Below are positions 1 to 9,743 of a stretch of 58,064 bases of DNA, piece by piece. The stretch lies in contig JACDQN010000310.1 in the NCBI GenBank assembly GCA_015657575.1, positions 1 through 58,064 of the forward strand, given 5' to 3'. Below the pieces are notes generated by a model. That model saw only the letters and a list, made by a program, of their open reading frames with translations. It was not told where the DNA came from and ran no database searches. Both the position numbers and the translations under genes were made by a program. Numbering within the stretch: the stretch's first letter is position 1; the number at the start of each line of letters is the position of its first letter. This DNA comes from Sphingopyxis sp. (GTDB lineage Bacteria; Pseudomonadota; Alphaproteobacteria; Sphingomonadales; Sphingomonadaceae).

Positions 1-54
1 GGCAGCGGTTTTTGGTACCGCCATGCGCAGGTTCGAATCCTGCCGCCCCAGCCA
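1..54 (+). tRNA. tRNA-Gln(TTG), 5' end cut off by the window edge
   Basis: Anticodon arm GCGGT-TTTTGGT-ACCGC (anticodon TTG), T-loop GTTCGAATC, and 3' acceptor strand ending in CCA at 54. Confidence 0.93.
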
Positions 55-279
55 GCCGGTGTTGGACTCATCGATTTTGCTTGCTCGCGCCGACGTCCGC
101 CGCTTCGAAGCAGACGTCATATGGCGCCGACGGCCTCAGGCTGACGGCGGCGGGCGAATTTCATCCGGCAGACGAAATTTCAAAGGGCCGTATCCGGGCC
201 GTCCTCTCCGTCCGGATGTCTTCGGACCTGCGCGCGACAGCGTTGCATTGCCGGAACCCGTCGGCATATGTCTTCGACC

Positions 280-883
280 ATGATCGGCCAAGCTGACTAT
301 CACCTGTTCGAGACAGCCGCAGGTTTCGTCGCGCTGGGCTGGACCGATACCGGAATTTGTTCCTTGCGACTGCCCGCTGCAAACCCGTTCGAGGCGGAGC
401 GTGCGTTGCTCCGCCGGTTTCCCGGCGCCGTTTCGGTCGATGCCGTCGCCGCCGGTGGAGGGCGTCGTGGATGCGGTGGTGCGCTATTTCGCGGGCGCCA
501 AGGTCGATTTCGATGCGGTCCCGGTCGATATGGGGCGGCAGGACGCCTTTTTCGCGCAGGTCTATGCGTTCGTCCGCGGGCTTGGATGGGGCGAGACGAC
601 CACCTATGGCGCGGTCGCCAAGGCGTTGGGCGCAGGTCCCGAATTCGCGCGCGACGTCGGCCAGGCGATGGCGAGCAATCCGGTGCCGCTGATCGTGCCC
701 TGTCACCGCGTCACCGGGGCGGGCGGAAAAATTGGAGGCTTTTCCGCTCCGGGCGGGGCGAAGCTGAAAGCCCATATGCTCGCTCTCGAGGGAATTGCGA
801 TCGAGGCTGCCACCGGCCGCGGACGGATAGCTTTCGAGGACGAAGCGCAGGCGGGTTTCGACTTTGAACCACGCCCTCCTTGA
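280..883 (+). CDS. ogt: Methylated-DNA--protein-cysteine methyltransferase (frameshift near 430-440)
   Basis: N-terminus YHLFETAAGFVALGW in the 268 ORF frame; C-terminus TTTYGAVA...NPVPLIVPCHRV (active-site PCHR) in the 401..883 frame. Confidence 0.88.
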
Positions 884-938
884 TCTGGCGATGCGTTTGC
901 GGGCAGGCTGACGGCTACCGAGGATAAGGGGAAAGACC

Positions 939-2750
939 ATGGCCGCCGAGACAGCAGCGCACGCAGCGGAAGCGGCGGGTCACGGGTTCGATCTTTTGCC
1001 GATCGTCGTGCTGCTCGCGGCGGCGGTCATCGCGGTGCCGCTGTTCAAGCGGCTCGGCCTCGGCTCGGTGCTCGGCTATCTTGCCGCGGGGCTCGCGATC
1101 GGCCCCTTCGGCATCGGGCTGTTTTCCGACGCGCAGACGATACTCCACGTCGCCGAACTCGGCGTCGTGATGTTCCTTTTCATCATCGGCCTCGAAATGC
1201 AGCCTTCGCGCCTGTGGGCGATGCGCGGCGAGATCTTCGGGCTGGGGGCGGCGCAAGTCGGCGGGGCGATCGCGTTGCTGATCTGCGTCGGGCTGGCGCT
1301 CGGCTATCCGGTCGCGGCCAGTTTCGTCGCGGGCACGGGCTTCGTGCTGACGTCGACCGCCATCGCAATGCAGATGCTCGACGAACGGCGCGAACTCGGC
1401 CAGCCGCGCGGCCGGCGCGTCGTCGCGATCCTGCTGCTCGAGGATCTCGCGATCGTCCCGCTGCTGGCGCTCGTCGCCTTTCTTGCGCCGGGCGGCGAGG
1501 CCGTGTCGACGGCCGATCGCGCCACCGCGATCGGCATCGGCCTTGCCGCGATCGTCGGTCTGATCCTCGCGGGGCGCTATCTGCTCGATCCGATGTTTCG
1601 CCTGCTCGGCCGCGCCAAGGCGCGCGAGGTCATGACGGCGGCAGCCCTGCTCGTCGTGCTCGGGTCGGCGCTGGCGATGCAGGAGGCCGGGCTGTCGATG
1701 GCGATGGGCGCCTTTCTCGCCGGTGTCCTCCTATCCGAATCGGCGTTTCGCCATCAGCTGGAGGCCGACGTCGAACCGTTCCGCGGCGTGCTGCTCGGTC
1801 TGTTCTTCCTCGGCGTCGGCATGGCGCTCGATCTTCATATCGTCGCGGCGAATGCCGGGCTGATCGCGATATCGGTCACCGCCTATATGACGCTCAAGAT
1901 GATCGTCATCTATGGTGTTGCGCGCCTGTTCAAGGCCAATCACGGCGAAGCGGCCGAGCGCGCGGTGCTGATGGCACAGGGCGGCGAATTCGCGTTCGTC
2001 CTGTATGCCGCGGCGGCCGGCGTCGGGATCATCGACGGCGAAAGCAACGCCATATTGACCGCGATCATCATCGTCTCGATGGTGCTGACGCCGATCATGG
2101 TGATCCTGCACGACCGCTTCATGCCGCGCGCCGAAGCGTCGACCGACGATCTCGACGTCGCCGACAATCTGAACGCCAGCATATTGATGATCGGCTTCGG
2201 CCGCTTCGGCCATATCGTCAGCCAGCCGCTTTTCGCCAACGGGTGCAGCATCTCGCTGATCGATACCGACACGGTTGCGATCCGCGAGTCGATGGCCTTT
2301 GGATTCAAGATCTATTACGGCGACGGTACCCGGCTCGACATATTGCATGCTGCCGGCGCGGAAAAAGCGCGGATGATCATCGTCGCGACCGACGACCGTG
2401 AGACGACGCTGAAGATCGTCGAACTGGTCAAGGCCGAGTTTCCGCATACCCCTCTGCTCGTGCGCGCTTTCGATCGCGAACATGCGATCGAACTGATCCA
2501 TGCCGGGGTCGATTATCAGGTGCGCGAAACCTTCGAATCGGCGCTGGTGATGGCCGAGGAAGCGCTGCGGCGGCTGGAGGTCGATGCCGATGCGATCAGC
2601 GATATCATGGAAGAAACCCGGCGGCGCGACCAGGAGCGGCTCGACATCGAAATCTGTGAGGGGGTTTATGCCACCCGCCATATGATCCAGGGCAATGTGC
2701 CCGTCGAGGAACGCGACCAATATGTCATAAAGCCCGCCGATATGCGGTGA
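939..2750 (+). CDS. CPA2-family K+/H+ antiporter (KefB/KefC-like) with C-terminal KTN/TrkA-N domain
   Basis: LGLGSVLGYLAAGLAIGP, AELGVVMFLFIIGLE, LLLEDLA, QGGEFAFV, and a GFGRFG Rossmann motif; intact 603-aa ORF. Confidence 0.92.
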   Translation: MAAETAAHAAEAAGHGFDLLPIVVLLAAAVIAVPLFKRLGLGSVLGYLAAGLAIGPFGIGLFSDAQTILHVAELGVVMFLFIIGLEMQPSRLWAMRGEIFGLGAAQVGGAIALLICVGLALGYPVAASFVAGTGFVLTSTAIAMQMLDERRELGQPRGRRVVAILLLEDLAIVPLLALVAFLAPGGEAVSTADRATAIGIGLAAIVGLILAGRYLLDPMFRLLGRAKAREVMTAAALLVVLGSALAMQEAGLSMAMGAFLAGVLLSESAFRHQLEADVEPFRGVLLGLFFLGVGMALDLHIVAANAGLIAISVTAYMTLKMIVIYGVARLFKANHGEAAERAVLMAQGGEFAFVLYAAAAGVGIIDGESNAILTAIIIVSMVLTPIMVILHDRFMPRAEASTDDLDVADNLNASILMIGFGRFGHIVSQPLFANGCSISLIDTDTVAIRESMAFGFKIYYGDGTRLDILHAAGAEKARMIIVATDDRETTLKIVELVKAEFPHTPLLVRAFDREHAIELIHAGVDYQVRETFESALVMAEEALRRLEVDADAISDIMEETRRRDQERLDIEICEGVYATRHMIQGNVPVEERDQYVIKPADMR

Positions 2751-2902
2751 CCTTTATCCCCCGCCCGCCGCGCTTGGCGGCCGCGACGGGGGAATAGGTT
2801 GGTTGTGCACGAAAGAACATTAAGAGAACAAAACGCGTTCGTCAACCCGTGCGACGCGATTTTTCTGCGGCTTCCGCCGGTGAACGCTTGCCATGACCTG
2901 CG

Positions 2903-2920
2903 CTTTACGTAAACGTAAAG
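2903..2920. promoter_or_regulatory. LiuR-type (MerR family) palindromic operator CTTTACGTAAACGTAAAG
   Basis: Near-perfect 18-bp palindrome matching the TTACGTwwACGTAA LiuR-type consensus, about 55 bp upstream of acyl-CoA metabolism genes. Confidence 0.7.
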
Positions 2921-2973
2921 TGTTAATGGCGAACGCGTTTGCCCCGGCGCGTCTTGAGGGAAGGAAAAAGCTT

Positions 2974-3749
2974 ATGAGCAAGGATCCGGTCTTCGATCTT
3001 GCGGGGCGCGTCGCTCTGGTTACCGGCGCGTCGTCGGGGCTGGGGGCGGGCTTCGCGAAGGCGCTCGCGGCAGCCGGCGCCAAAGTCGTGCTCGCGGCGC
3101 GGCGGGCGGACAAGCTCGCCGAACAGGTCGCCGCGATCGAGGCGGCGGGCGGGCAGGCGATCGCGGTCGCCATGGACGTCACCGACGAAGCGTCGACCAA
3201 GGCCGCCTATGACGCCGCCGAAGCGGCTTTCGGCACGGTCGATACGATCGTCGCCAACGCCGGCTCGCGACCGAAAAAATGGCGATGGGGCTGTCGGTCG
3301 ACGAGGTCGATTTCCTGCTCGCCGCCAACGTTCGCGGCGTCTTCCTGACTGCGAACGAGGGAGCCAAGCGGCTCGACAAGGCGGGAAGCCGCGAGACGCA
3401 GCATGGCCGCATCGTCCTGATCGGGTCGATCACCGCCGAAAAGGTCTTTCCGGCGACGTCGGTCTATGGTGCGACTAAGGCGGCGGTGCGCCATCTCGGC
3501 AAGGCGCTCGCGCGCGAATGGGCGCGGCGCGGGATCAGCGTCAATGTGATTCAGCCCGGCTATTTCGAATCCGAAATGACCGCCGAGCTGTTCGAGAGCG
3601 ACGTCGGCGCCACGATGGTGAAAAGCTTTCCGCGCCAGCGCCTGCGCCCGCCGAGCGACCTGCACGCGCCCTTGCTCCTGCTCTGTTCCGATGCGGCGCG
3701 CGGGATCACGGGCAGCGTGATCACGGTCGACGACGGGCAGACGCTGTGA
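2974..3749 (+). CDS. SDR-family NAD(P)-dependent oxidoreductase (frameshift near 3265)
   Basis: VTGASSGLG cofactor motif and ANAG in the first frame; YGATK catalytic motif and ITVDDG end in the 3279..3749 frame. Confidence 0.88.
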
Positions 3750-4534
3750 GCGCGCTGCTGATCGAGGCGCGCGGCGCCGTCGAAATCGCGACGCTCAACC
3801 GGCCCGACCGGCTCAACGCGCTCGACGAGACGCTGGTCGACGAACTCAACGCCTATTTCGGCGGGCTCGCCGAACGGCGCGACGTTCGCGTCGTCATCTT
3901 GCGCGGCGCCGGGCGCGGCTTCTGCGCCGGGCTCGATATCCGCGAGGATCGCTCGAGCGACGAGACGCCGGTGCTGCGGACGCTGCGCACCCAGACGAGC
4001 ATCGGCAACATCTATCGCAAGATGCGCGCCTGTCCGCAGCCGATCATCGCGCTCGGCCACGGCGCCGCGTGCGGCGGCGGGCTGTCGCTGCTCCTCGCCT
4101 CCGACGTGCGCTACGGCGCGCCGTCGCTGCGCGCCAACGCCGCCTATATCCGCATCGGCCTCGGCGGCTGCGACATGGCGTCGAGCTATTTCCTGCCGCG
4201 GCTCGTCGGCGCCAGCCTCGCCGCCGAGATGATCCTGACGGGCCGCTTCATCGACGCCGAGCGCGCCTGCCGCGCCGGGCTGATCAGCGAGATCGTCGAG
4301 GAGGAAGCGCTGCTGACGCGCGGGCTCGCGCTGGCGGACGAGATGCTCGCGACCAGCCCGCACGGCCTCAGGCTGTCGAAGCAGGCGTTGAACCTCAATA
4401 TCGATGCGCCGGGCCTGGAAGCCGCGATGGCAATCGAGGATCGGCAGCAGGTGATCCTGTCGGCGACCGAGGATCACCGCGAAGCGCTCGCCGCCTTCCT
4501 CGAGAAACGCGCGCCCGACTATCGCGAACGATAG
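3746..4534 (+). CDS. Enoyl-CoA hydratase/isomerase (crotonase) family protein
   Basis: GTG start overlaps the SDR stop (GTGA); TLNRPDRLNAL, GRGFCAGLD, GAACGGG, and AFLEKRAP C-terminus. Confidence 0.9.
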   Translation: MSALLIEARGAVEIATLNRPDRLNALDETLVDELNAYFGGLAERRDVRVVILRGAGRGFCAGLDIREDRSSDETPVLRTLRTQTSIGNIYRKMRACPQPIIALGHGAACGGGLSLLLASDVRYGAPSLRANAAYIRIGLGGCDMASSYFLPRLVGASLAAEMILTGRFIDAERACRAGLISEIVEEEALLTRGLALADEMLATSPHGLRLSKQALNLNIDAPGLEAAMAIEDRQQVILSATEDHREALAAFLEKRAPDYRER

Positions 4535-4575
4535 GGCCCGCAACCGCTGCATCGCGGCATTGACTCGGTGATTTA

Positions 4576-4594
4576 TTGACATAGTAAGTGTCAA
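4576..4594. promoter_or_regulatory. Candidate TetR operator TTGACATAGTAAGTGTCAA
   Basis: AT-rich inverted repeat TTGACA-N7-TGTCAA just upstream of sulfatase 1; similar site at 8034-8052. Confidence 0.6.
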
Positions 4595-4619
4595 AATAAC
4601 CCGGGGGGGGTGGGGAGTG

Positions 4620-6485
4620 ATGGCAGTGCGCAGGCGGACCTCCAAGGTGCCGGGTCGCGTAGGCGGGTTCCGGCGCGCTGCCATCACAACCCTCGCGGTT
4701 CTGGCGCTCGCGGCGCCTGCGCAGGCGCAGAGGGCGGCTCCGGATCCGCGCCATCCCAACATCGTCATCCTGCTCGCCGACGATTGGGGCTTCAGCGACG
4801 TCGGTGCGTTCGGATCGGAAATCGCGACGCCGAATATCGACGCGCTGGCCCGCGCAGGGATGCGCTTTTCGAATTTCCATGTCGCGGGATCCTGCTCGCC
4901 GACGCGCGCGATGTTACAGACGGGGGTGATGAACCACCGCAACGGGCTCGGCAACATGCCCGAAACGATCCCCGACGCGCACCGCGGCAAGCCCGGGTAC
5001 GACACGGTAATGAACTTTCGCGTCGTGACGATCGCCGAAATGCTGAAGGCGGCCGGTTACCGCACCTATCTCACCGGCAAATGGCACCTCGGCAGCGATC
5101 CGAAACGCCTGCCGCACGCCCGCGGTTACGACCGCGCCTACAGCCTCGCCGATGCGGGCGCCGACAATTTCGAACAGCGCCCGATCGAGGGTTTGTACGA
5201 TGTCGCCGCCTGGACCGAAAATGGCCGCGCTGCGACGCTGCCGAAAAATTTCTATTCCTCGACCTTCGTCGTCCAGCGCATGATCGATTATATCGAACAG
5301 GACCGGGCGAGCGGCAAACCTTTCCTCGCGTCGATCAACTTCCTCGCCAATCATATTCCGATCCAGGCGCCCGACAGCGATATCGCGCGCTATTCGGCGA
5401 TGTATCGCGACGGCTGGACCGCCTTGCGCACGGCGCGCGCGAAGCGGGCGGCGGCGCTCGGCATCGTGCCGCGGCGTGCCGATGGTGACGATGGCGACGA
5501 CGCCCGACTGGCAGAAACTCGACGCCGACGAGCGTGCCGCGGCGGTGCGCGTGATGCAGGCCTATGGCGGCATGGCGACCGCGATGGACCGCGAGATCGG
5601 CCGGCTCGTTGCGCATCTGAAAGCGACGGGCGATTATAACAACACGATCTTCGTTTTTCTGTCGGACAATGGCGCCGAGCCGACCAATCCCTTTCACAGT
5701 CTGCGCAACCGCACCTTCCTCGGCATGCAATATGATCTGTCGACCGCCAATATCGGGCGCCCGGCAGTTTCGGCGCGATCGGGCCGGGCTGGGCGAGCGC
5801 CGCTGCATCGCCGCTTTCGGGTTATAAATTCTCCGCCGCCGAAGGCGGATTGCGCGTGCCGCTGATCATCGCCTGGCCGGGCCATGCGAAAATCCGCGCC
5901 GGCGCGATCAGCGACGGGCTCGCGCATGTCACCGACATCGTGCCGACGCTCGCCGAGCTGGCGGGCGTGCCGGGGCATGGCGGCAGCTGGCAGGGGCGGG
6001 CGGTGGAGCCGGTGACCGGGCGCAGCCTGCTGCCGATGCTGGGCGGTGCGCCGGGCAGCGTGCACGGCGACAGTCCGCTCGGTTACGAGCTGTCGGGCAA
6101 TGCCGCGCTGTTCCGCGGCGATTACAAGCTGGTGCGCAATCTGGCACCGACCGGCGACGGCAATTGGCGGCTCTATAATCTGAGGCTCGACCCGGGCGAG
6201 ACGCGCGACCTGTCGGCGGCCGAGCCCGAACGCTTTGCGGCGATGACCGCCGACTATCGGGCCTATGCGAAGGCGAACGGGGTGCTCGAGATGCCCGCGG
6301 GTTACACCGCCGACGATCAGATCAACCAATATGCGTGGGAACAGCAGGGAAGGAAGCGCGCGATCCGTGCCGGGCTGTGGCTCGGCGGCGCGCTGGTCCT
6401 GCTTTCAGCGCTTGTCTGGGGCTGGCGCCGCCGGCGCCGGGCGCGCCGGATCGATCAGGCGAAAGCCGATATGGTCGGTTCCTAG
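4620..6485 (+). CDS. Arylsulfatase (Cys-type) with N-terminal signal and C-terminal TM anchor (frameshifts near 5470 and 5765)
   Basis: PNIVILLADDWG, CSPTR formylglycine motif, GKWHLG, FLSDNG, LYNLRLDPGE, and a hydrophobic C-terminal helix followed by an Arg run; spread over three ORF fragments. Confidence 0.87.
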
Positions 6486-7333
6486 GCTGCGTTCCTGGAA
6501 CTGGCGCGCGGCCGGACGATAGCGCGCACAATAATTGGCCGCGCACAAAAAGCTGCCGCCCTTGATGATGTTGCTTTCCGGTCCGCCCGCGCTGCTCGTC
6601 CATTCCCAGACATTGCCGATCAGGTCGTGGACGCCATGGTCGTCGGCGGGGAAACAGGCGACCGGCGCGCGGCTCGTAAAGCCGTCGGTGCCCAGATCGC
6701 GGACGGGGAAGCTTCCTGATAATAGTTGGCGCGCGGCGTGCCATCCCGGTCGATGGGGACGTTGCGATCCGCGCCGCCCGTCGCGGCGGCAAGTTCCCAT
6801 TGCTCCTCGCTCGGCAGCGCCTTGCCAGCCCAGCGGGCATAGGCAAGCGCGTCGGCATAGGCGATCTGCACGACCGGATCGCGGTCCTTGCCGGCGATAG
6901 CGGTTCCCGGCCCGGCGGGGTGGCGCCACTGGGCGCCAACGACCCAGCGCCACCAGTTCGGATTGCCGTCGGTCGGCGCTGTGAACACCGCCGATCCCGG
7001 AATCATCATCTCGGGCGGCGCGCCGGGCAAGGGCGGCGGATCGCGTTCGGCGAGCGTCTTGTACCCGGTGGCCTTCACGAAAGCGGCGAATTCTGCGTTG
7101 GTGACTTCGTGCGTCGCGATCCAGAATCCCGCGATGGTCACGTCGCGCGCGGGTCCCTCTTCGGGCAACTGCGCGTCGGCGCCCATGGCGAAGGTCGCTC
7201 CCGGAACCCAGGCATAATCGGTTTGCGGCATCGCCGGACAGGCCGGGGCGGCCGCGACGGGCGTATCGTCGGCCTTGCCGCATCCGGCCGCGATGCCGAG
7301 CAGGCTCAGCGCAAGAACAAGCGTCCGTTTCAA
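6405..7333 (-). CDS. Formylglycine-generating enzyme (SUMF1/FGE family), probable lipoprotein (frameshift near 6712)
   Basis: TTG start overlapping the TetR stop; IAAGC lipobox-like motif; THEVTNAEF, LPSEEQWE, DLIGNVWEW, KGGSFLCAANYCARYRPAAR, HIGFR. Confidence 0.88.
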
Positions 7334-7959
7334 GCCTTGCCGCCCGCAAGCGTCTCCATCAACGCCTCGGTGATATGCGCCATCACCGTCGCCGAATCCT
7401 CGACCGACAGGCCCTGGTCGTGCCGCAGGACGCGCCAGTTCTGGAACGACAGCGCCGCGCACAGCGCTTCGACGCTGATCCGGTCGGCCAATATGTCGCT
7501 CGGCAGCAATCGCAGGATCAACTCGCGTTCGAGCATCACCACCTTGCTATATTGTCCCATCAGAAAGGGCGATTGATAGCGCTTGATGTTGGCGGCGAGG
7601 CGAAACGGCAGGGTGGTTTCAAACACGCGCACGCGGCGGCGGACAAGCTCGCGCAGATTGTCCTGCCAGGGTTGCTCGGGATAAGGCGCCGCGACCGTCG
7701 GCATCACCTGTTCGGTGATCGTCGCGGTGATTTCGGCATAGAGCGAGTCCATGTCGTCGAAATGGCGGAACACGGTGCGCAGCCCGATGCCCGCTTCTTC
7801 AGCGACGCGCGCCGCGCTCGGCATCAGGTCGCCGCCGACGATCAGTTCCATCATCGCCTCCACGATGCGGCGGTGGCTCGACCTGCTGCGCTCGCGCCGC
7901 CCGTCGACCCTGTCGGTTGCGGCCTGCGGGCCGCCCGATTTCTTCACCCCCGTCGCCAT
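7330..7959 (-). CDS. TetR/AcrR-family transcriptional regulator
   Basis: DGRRERS...PSAARVAEEAGIGLRTVFRHFDD HTH motif. Confidence 0.9.
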   Translation of the reverse strand: MATGVKKSGGPQAATDRVDGRRERSRSSHRRIVEAMMELIVGGDLMPSAARVAEEAGIGLRTVFRHFDDMDSLYAEITATITEQVMPTVAAPYPEQPWQDNLRELVRRRVRVFETTLPFRLAANIKRYQSPFLMGQYSKVVMLERELILRLLPSDILADRISVEALCAALSFQNWRVLRHDQGLSVEDSATVMAHITEALMETLAGGKA

Positions 7960-8033
7960 GATCCCTCCGCTGGACCAGCTTTCCGCCGCGGTCAATGCCC
8001 CCGCGCATCGACGCTTGCGCATCGATCAATATA

Positions 8034-8052
8034 ATGACACATATAGTGCCAA
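8034..8052. promoter_or_regulatory. Candidate TetR operator ATGACACATATAGTGCCAA in the divergent tetR/sulfatase promoter
   Basis: TGACAC-N5-GTGCCA, with the same spacing and half-sites as 4576-4594. Confidence 0.6.
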
Positions 8053-8090
8053 TAGTTTTCGGGCAACCGACATGGACCGGCGGGGGCGTG

Positions 8091-9734
8091 ATGAAGAAAA
8101 AATGGGTGGGGCTCGGCGTCGCGGCGTTGGTCGTGGCCGGGGGCTATTGGGGATTTCAGGCGAACACATATCGGCTCCCCGGCCTGCTTCAGGACTGGAG
8201 TGACCCGGTGCAGGACAATCGGCCGGTGGTCTGGCAGCGGGGACTTGAAAAAGCGCCCTCTCCCGCGCCCGCGGGGCGTCCCCCGAACATCATTCTGATC
8301 GTCGCCGACGACCTCGGTATCAACGACATCAGCCTGAATGGCGGCGGCGTCGCGGGTGGGATCGTCAAGACGCCGAATATCGACGCGTTCGCACGGCAGG
8401 GGATGAATTTCACCACCGCTTATGCGGCCAACGCGACCTGCTCGCCGTCGCGCGCCGCGATGATGACGGGCCGCTATGCGACGCGCTTCGGATTCGAATA
8501 TACGGCGGTTCCGGTGCAGTTTTCCGAAAATCTAGCACATGGCGAAGGGGTGGGGCCGCACCGTGCGATCTTCCACAAGGAGCTCATCACGCCCGACATT
8601 CCCGACTATCCCGACATGGGCGTGCCGGCGAGCGAGGTGACGATCGCCGAGGCGGTGAAGGCGGCGGGATACCACACGCTCCATATCGGCAAATGGCATC
8701 TGGGCGAGGCGCCGGCGCTCCAGCCGCAGGCGCAGGGTTTCGACGAGAGCCTCGCGGTGCTCGGCGGCGCGGCGATGTTCCTGCCCGAGGATGATCCGAA
8801 CGCGGTCAACGCCAAGCTGCCATGGGACCGGATCGACCGTTTCATCTGGGCGAATCTGCGTCACGCGGTGACGTTCAACGGCAGCAAGCGTTTCCACCCC
8901 AGGGGGCATATGACCGACTATTTCGCCGACGAGGCGATGAAGGCGATCGAGGCGAACAGGAACCGGCCCTTCTTTCTCTATCTCGCCTTCACCGCGCCGC
9001 ACACGCCGCTCCAGGCGACGAAGGCCGATTATGATCGCCTGCCGCAGATCAAGGATCACAAGACGCGCGTCTATGGCGCGATGATCGCGCAGCTCGACCG
9101 GCGCATCGGCGATATCATGACGAAATTGAAGGAACTGGGCCTCGACGACAACACGCTGGTCATCTTCACCAGCGACAATGGCGGGGCATGGTACAACGGC
9201 ATGCCGGACCTGAACAAGCCGTACCGCGGGTGGAAGGCGACCTTCTTCGAAGGCGGCATCCGCACTCCCTTTTTCATGCGCTGGCCGGCACGGATCGCGC
9301 CCGGATCGACGCGCACGGACATGACGGGGCATATGGACGTCTTCGCGACGATCGCCGCTGCGGCGGGGGCGAAGCTTCCGGCCGACCGGACGATCGACAG
9401 CGAGGATGTCCTCGCGGGCCCGGCGAAACGGCCGGCGCTCTATTGGCGCTCGGGCGACTATCGCGCGGTGCGCGCGGGCGACTGGAAACTGCAGGTGACG
9501 AAGCGCCCCGACAAGGCGCGCCTCTACAACCTTGCCGCCGATCCGACCGAACGGACCGACTTGGCGGCGCTCGACCCGCGCCGCGTCGCGGAGCTGCGTG
9601 CGATGATCGAGGCGCATAACCGGGGCATGGCGAAACCGATCTGGCCGGGGCTGATCGAGGGGCCGATCCGCATCGACGTTCCGCTCAACACACCCTGGAA
9701 GGACGGACAGGACTATATCTACTGGACCAACTGA
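8091..9734 (+). CDS. Sulfatase (Cys-type) with N-terminal TM/signal anchor
   Basis: MKKKW plus hydrophobic stretch; PNIILIVADDLG, CSPSR, GKWHLG, FTSDNGG, LYNLAADPTE; intact ORF. Confidence 0.92.
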   Translation: MKKKWVGLGVAALVVAGGYWGFQANTYRLPGLLQDWSDPVQDNRPVVWQRGLEKAPSPAPAGRPPNIILIVADDLGINDISLNGGGVAGGIVKTPNIDAFARQGMNFTTAYAANATCSPSRAAMMTGRYATRFGFEYTAVPVQFSENLAHGEGVGPHRAIFHKELITPDIPDYPDMGVPASEVTIAEAVKAAGYHTLHIGKWHLGEAPALQPQAQGFDESLAVLGGAAMFLPEDDPNAVNAKLPWDRIDRFIWANLRHAVTFNGSKRFHPRGHMTDYFADEAMKAIEANRNRPFFLYLAFTAPHTPLQATKADYDRLPQIKDHKTRVYGAMIAQLDRRIGDIMTKLKELGLDDNTLVIFTSDNGGAWYNGMPDLNKPYRGWKATFFEGGIRTPFFMRWPARIAPGSTRTDMTGHMDVFATIAAAAGAKLPADRTIDSEDVLAGPAKRPALYWRSGDYRAVRAGDWKLQVTKRPDKARLYNLAADPTERTDLAALDPRRVAELRAMIEAHNRGMAKPIWPGLIEGPIRIDVPLNTPWKDGQDYIYWTN

Positions 9735-9743
9735 GCCACGTGC

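Noticed and set aside
55-279. Possible ncRNA or attachment site downstream of tRNA-Gln
   Set aside because: Only loose GC-rich complementarity; no recognisable RNA family, integrase or duplicated tRNA end found.
4603-4610. G8 run upstream of sulfatase 1, and G7 runs in atuA1 and gspJ, as phase-variation tracts
   Set aside because: The runs are short for a high-GC genome and homopolymer errors appear widespread in this sequence; there is no independent support.
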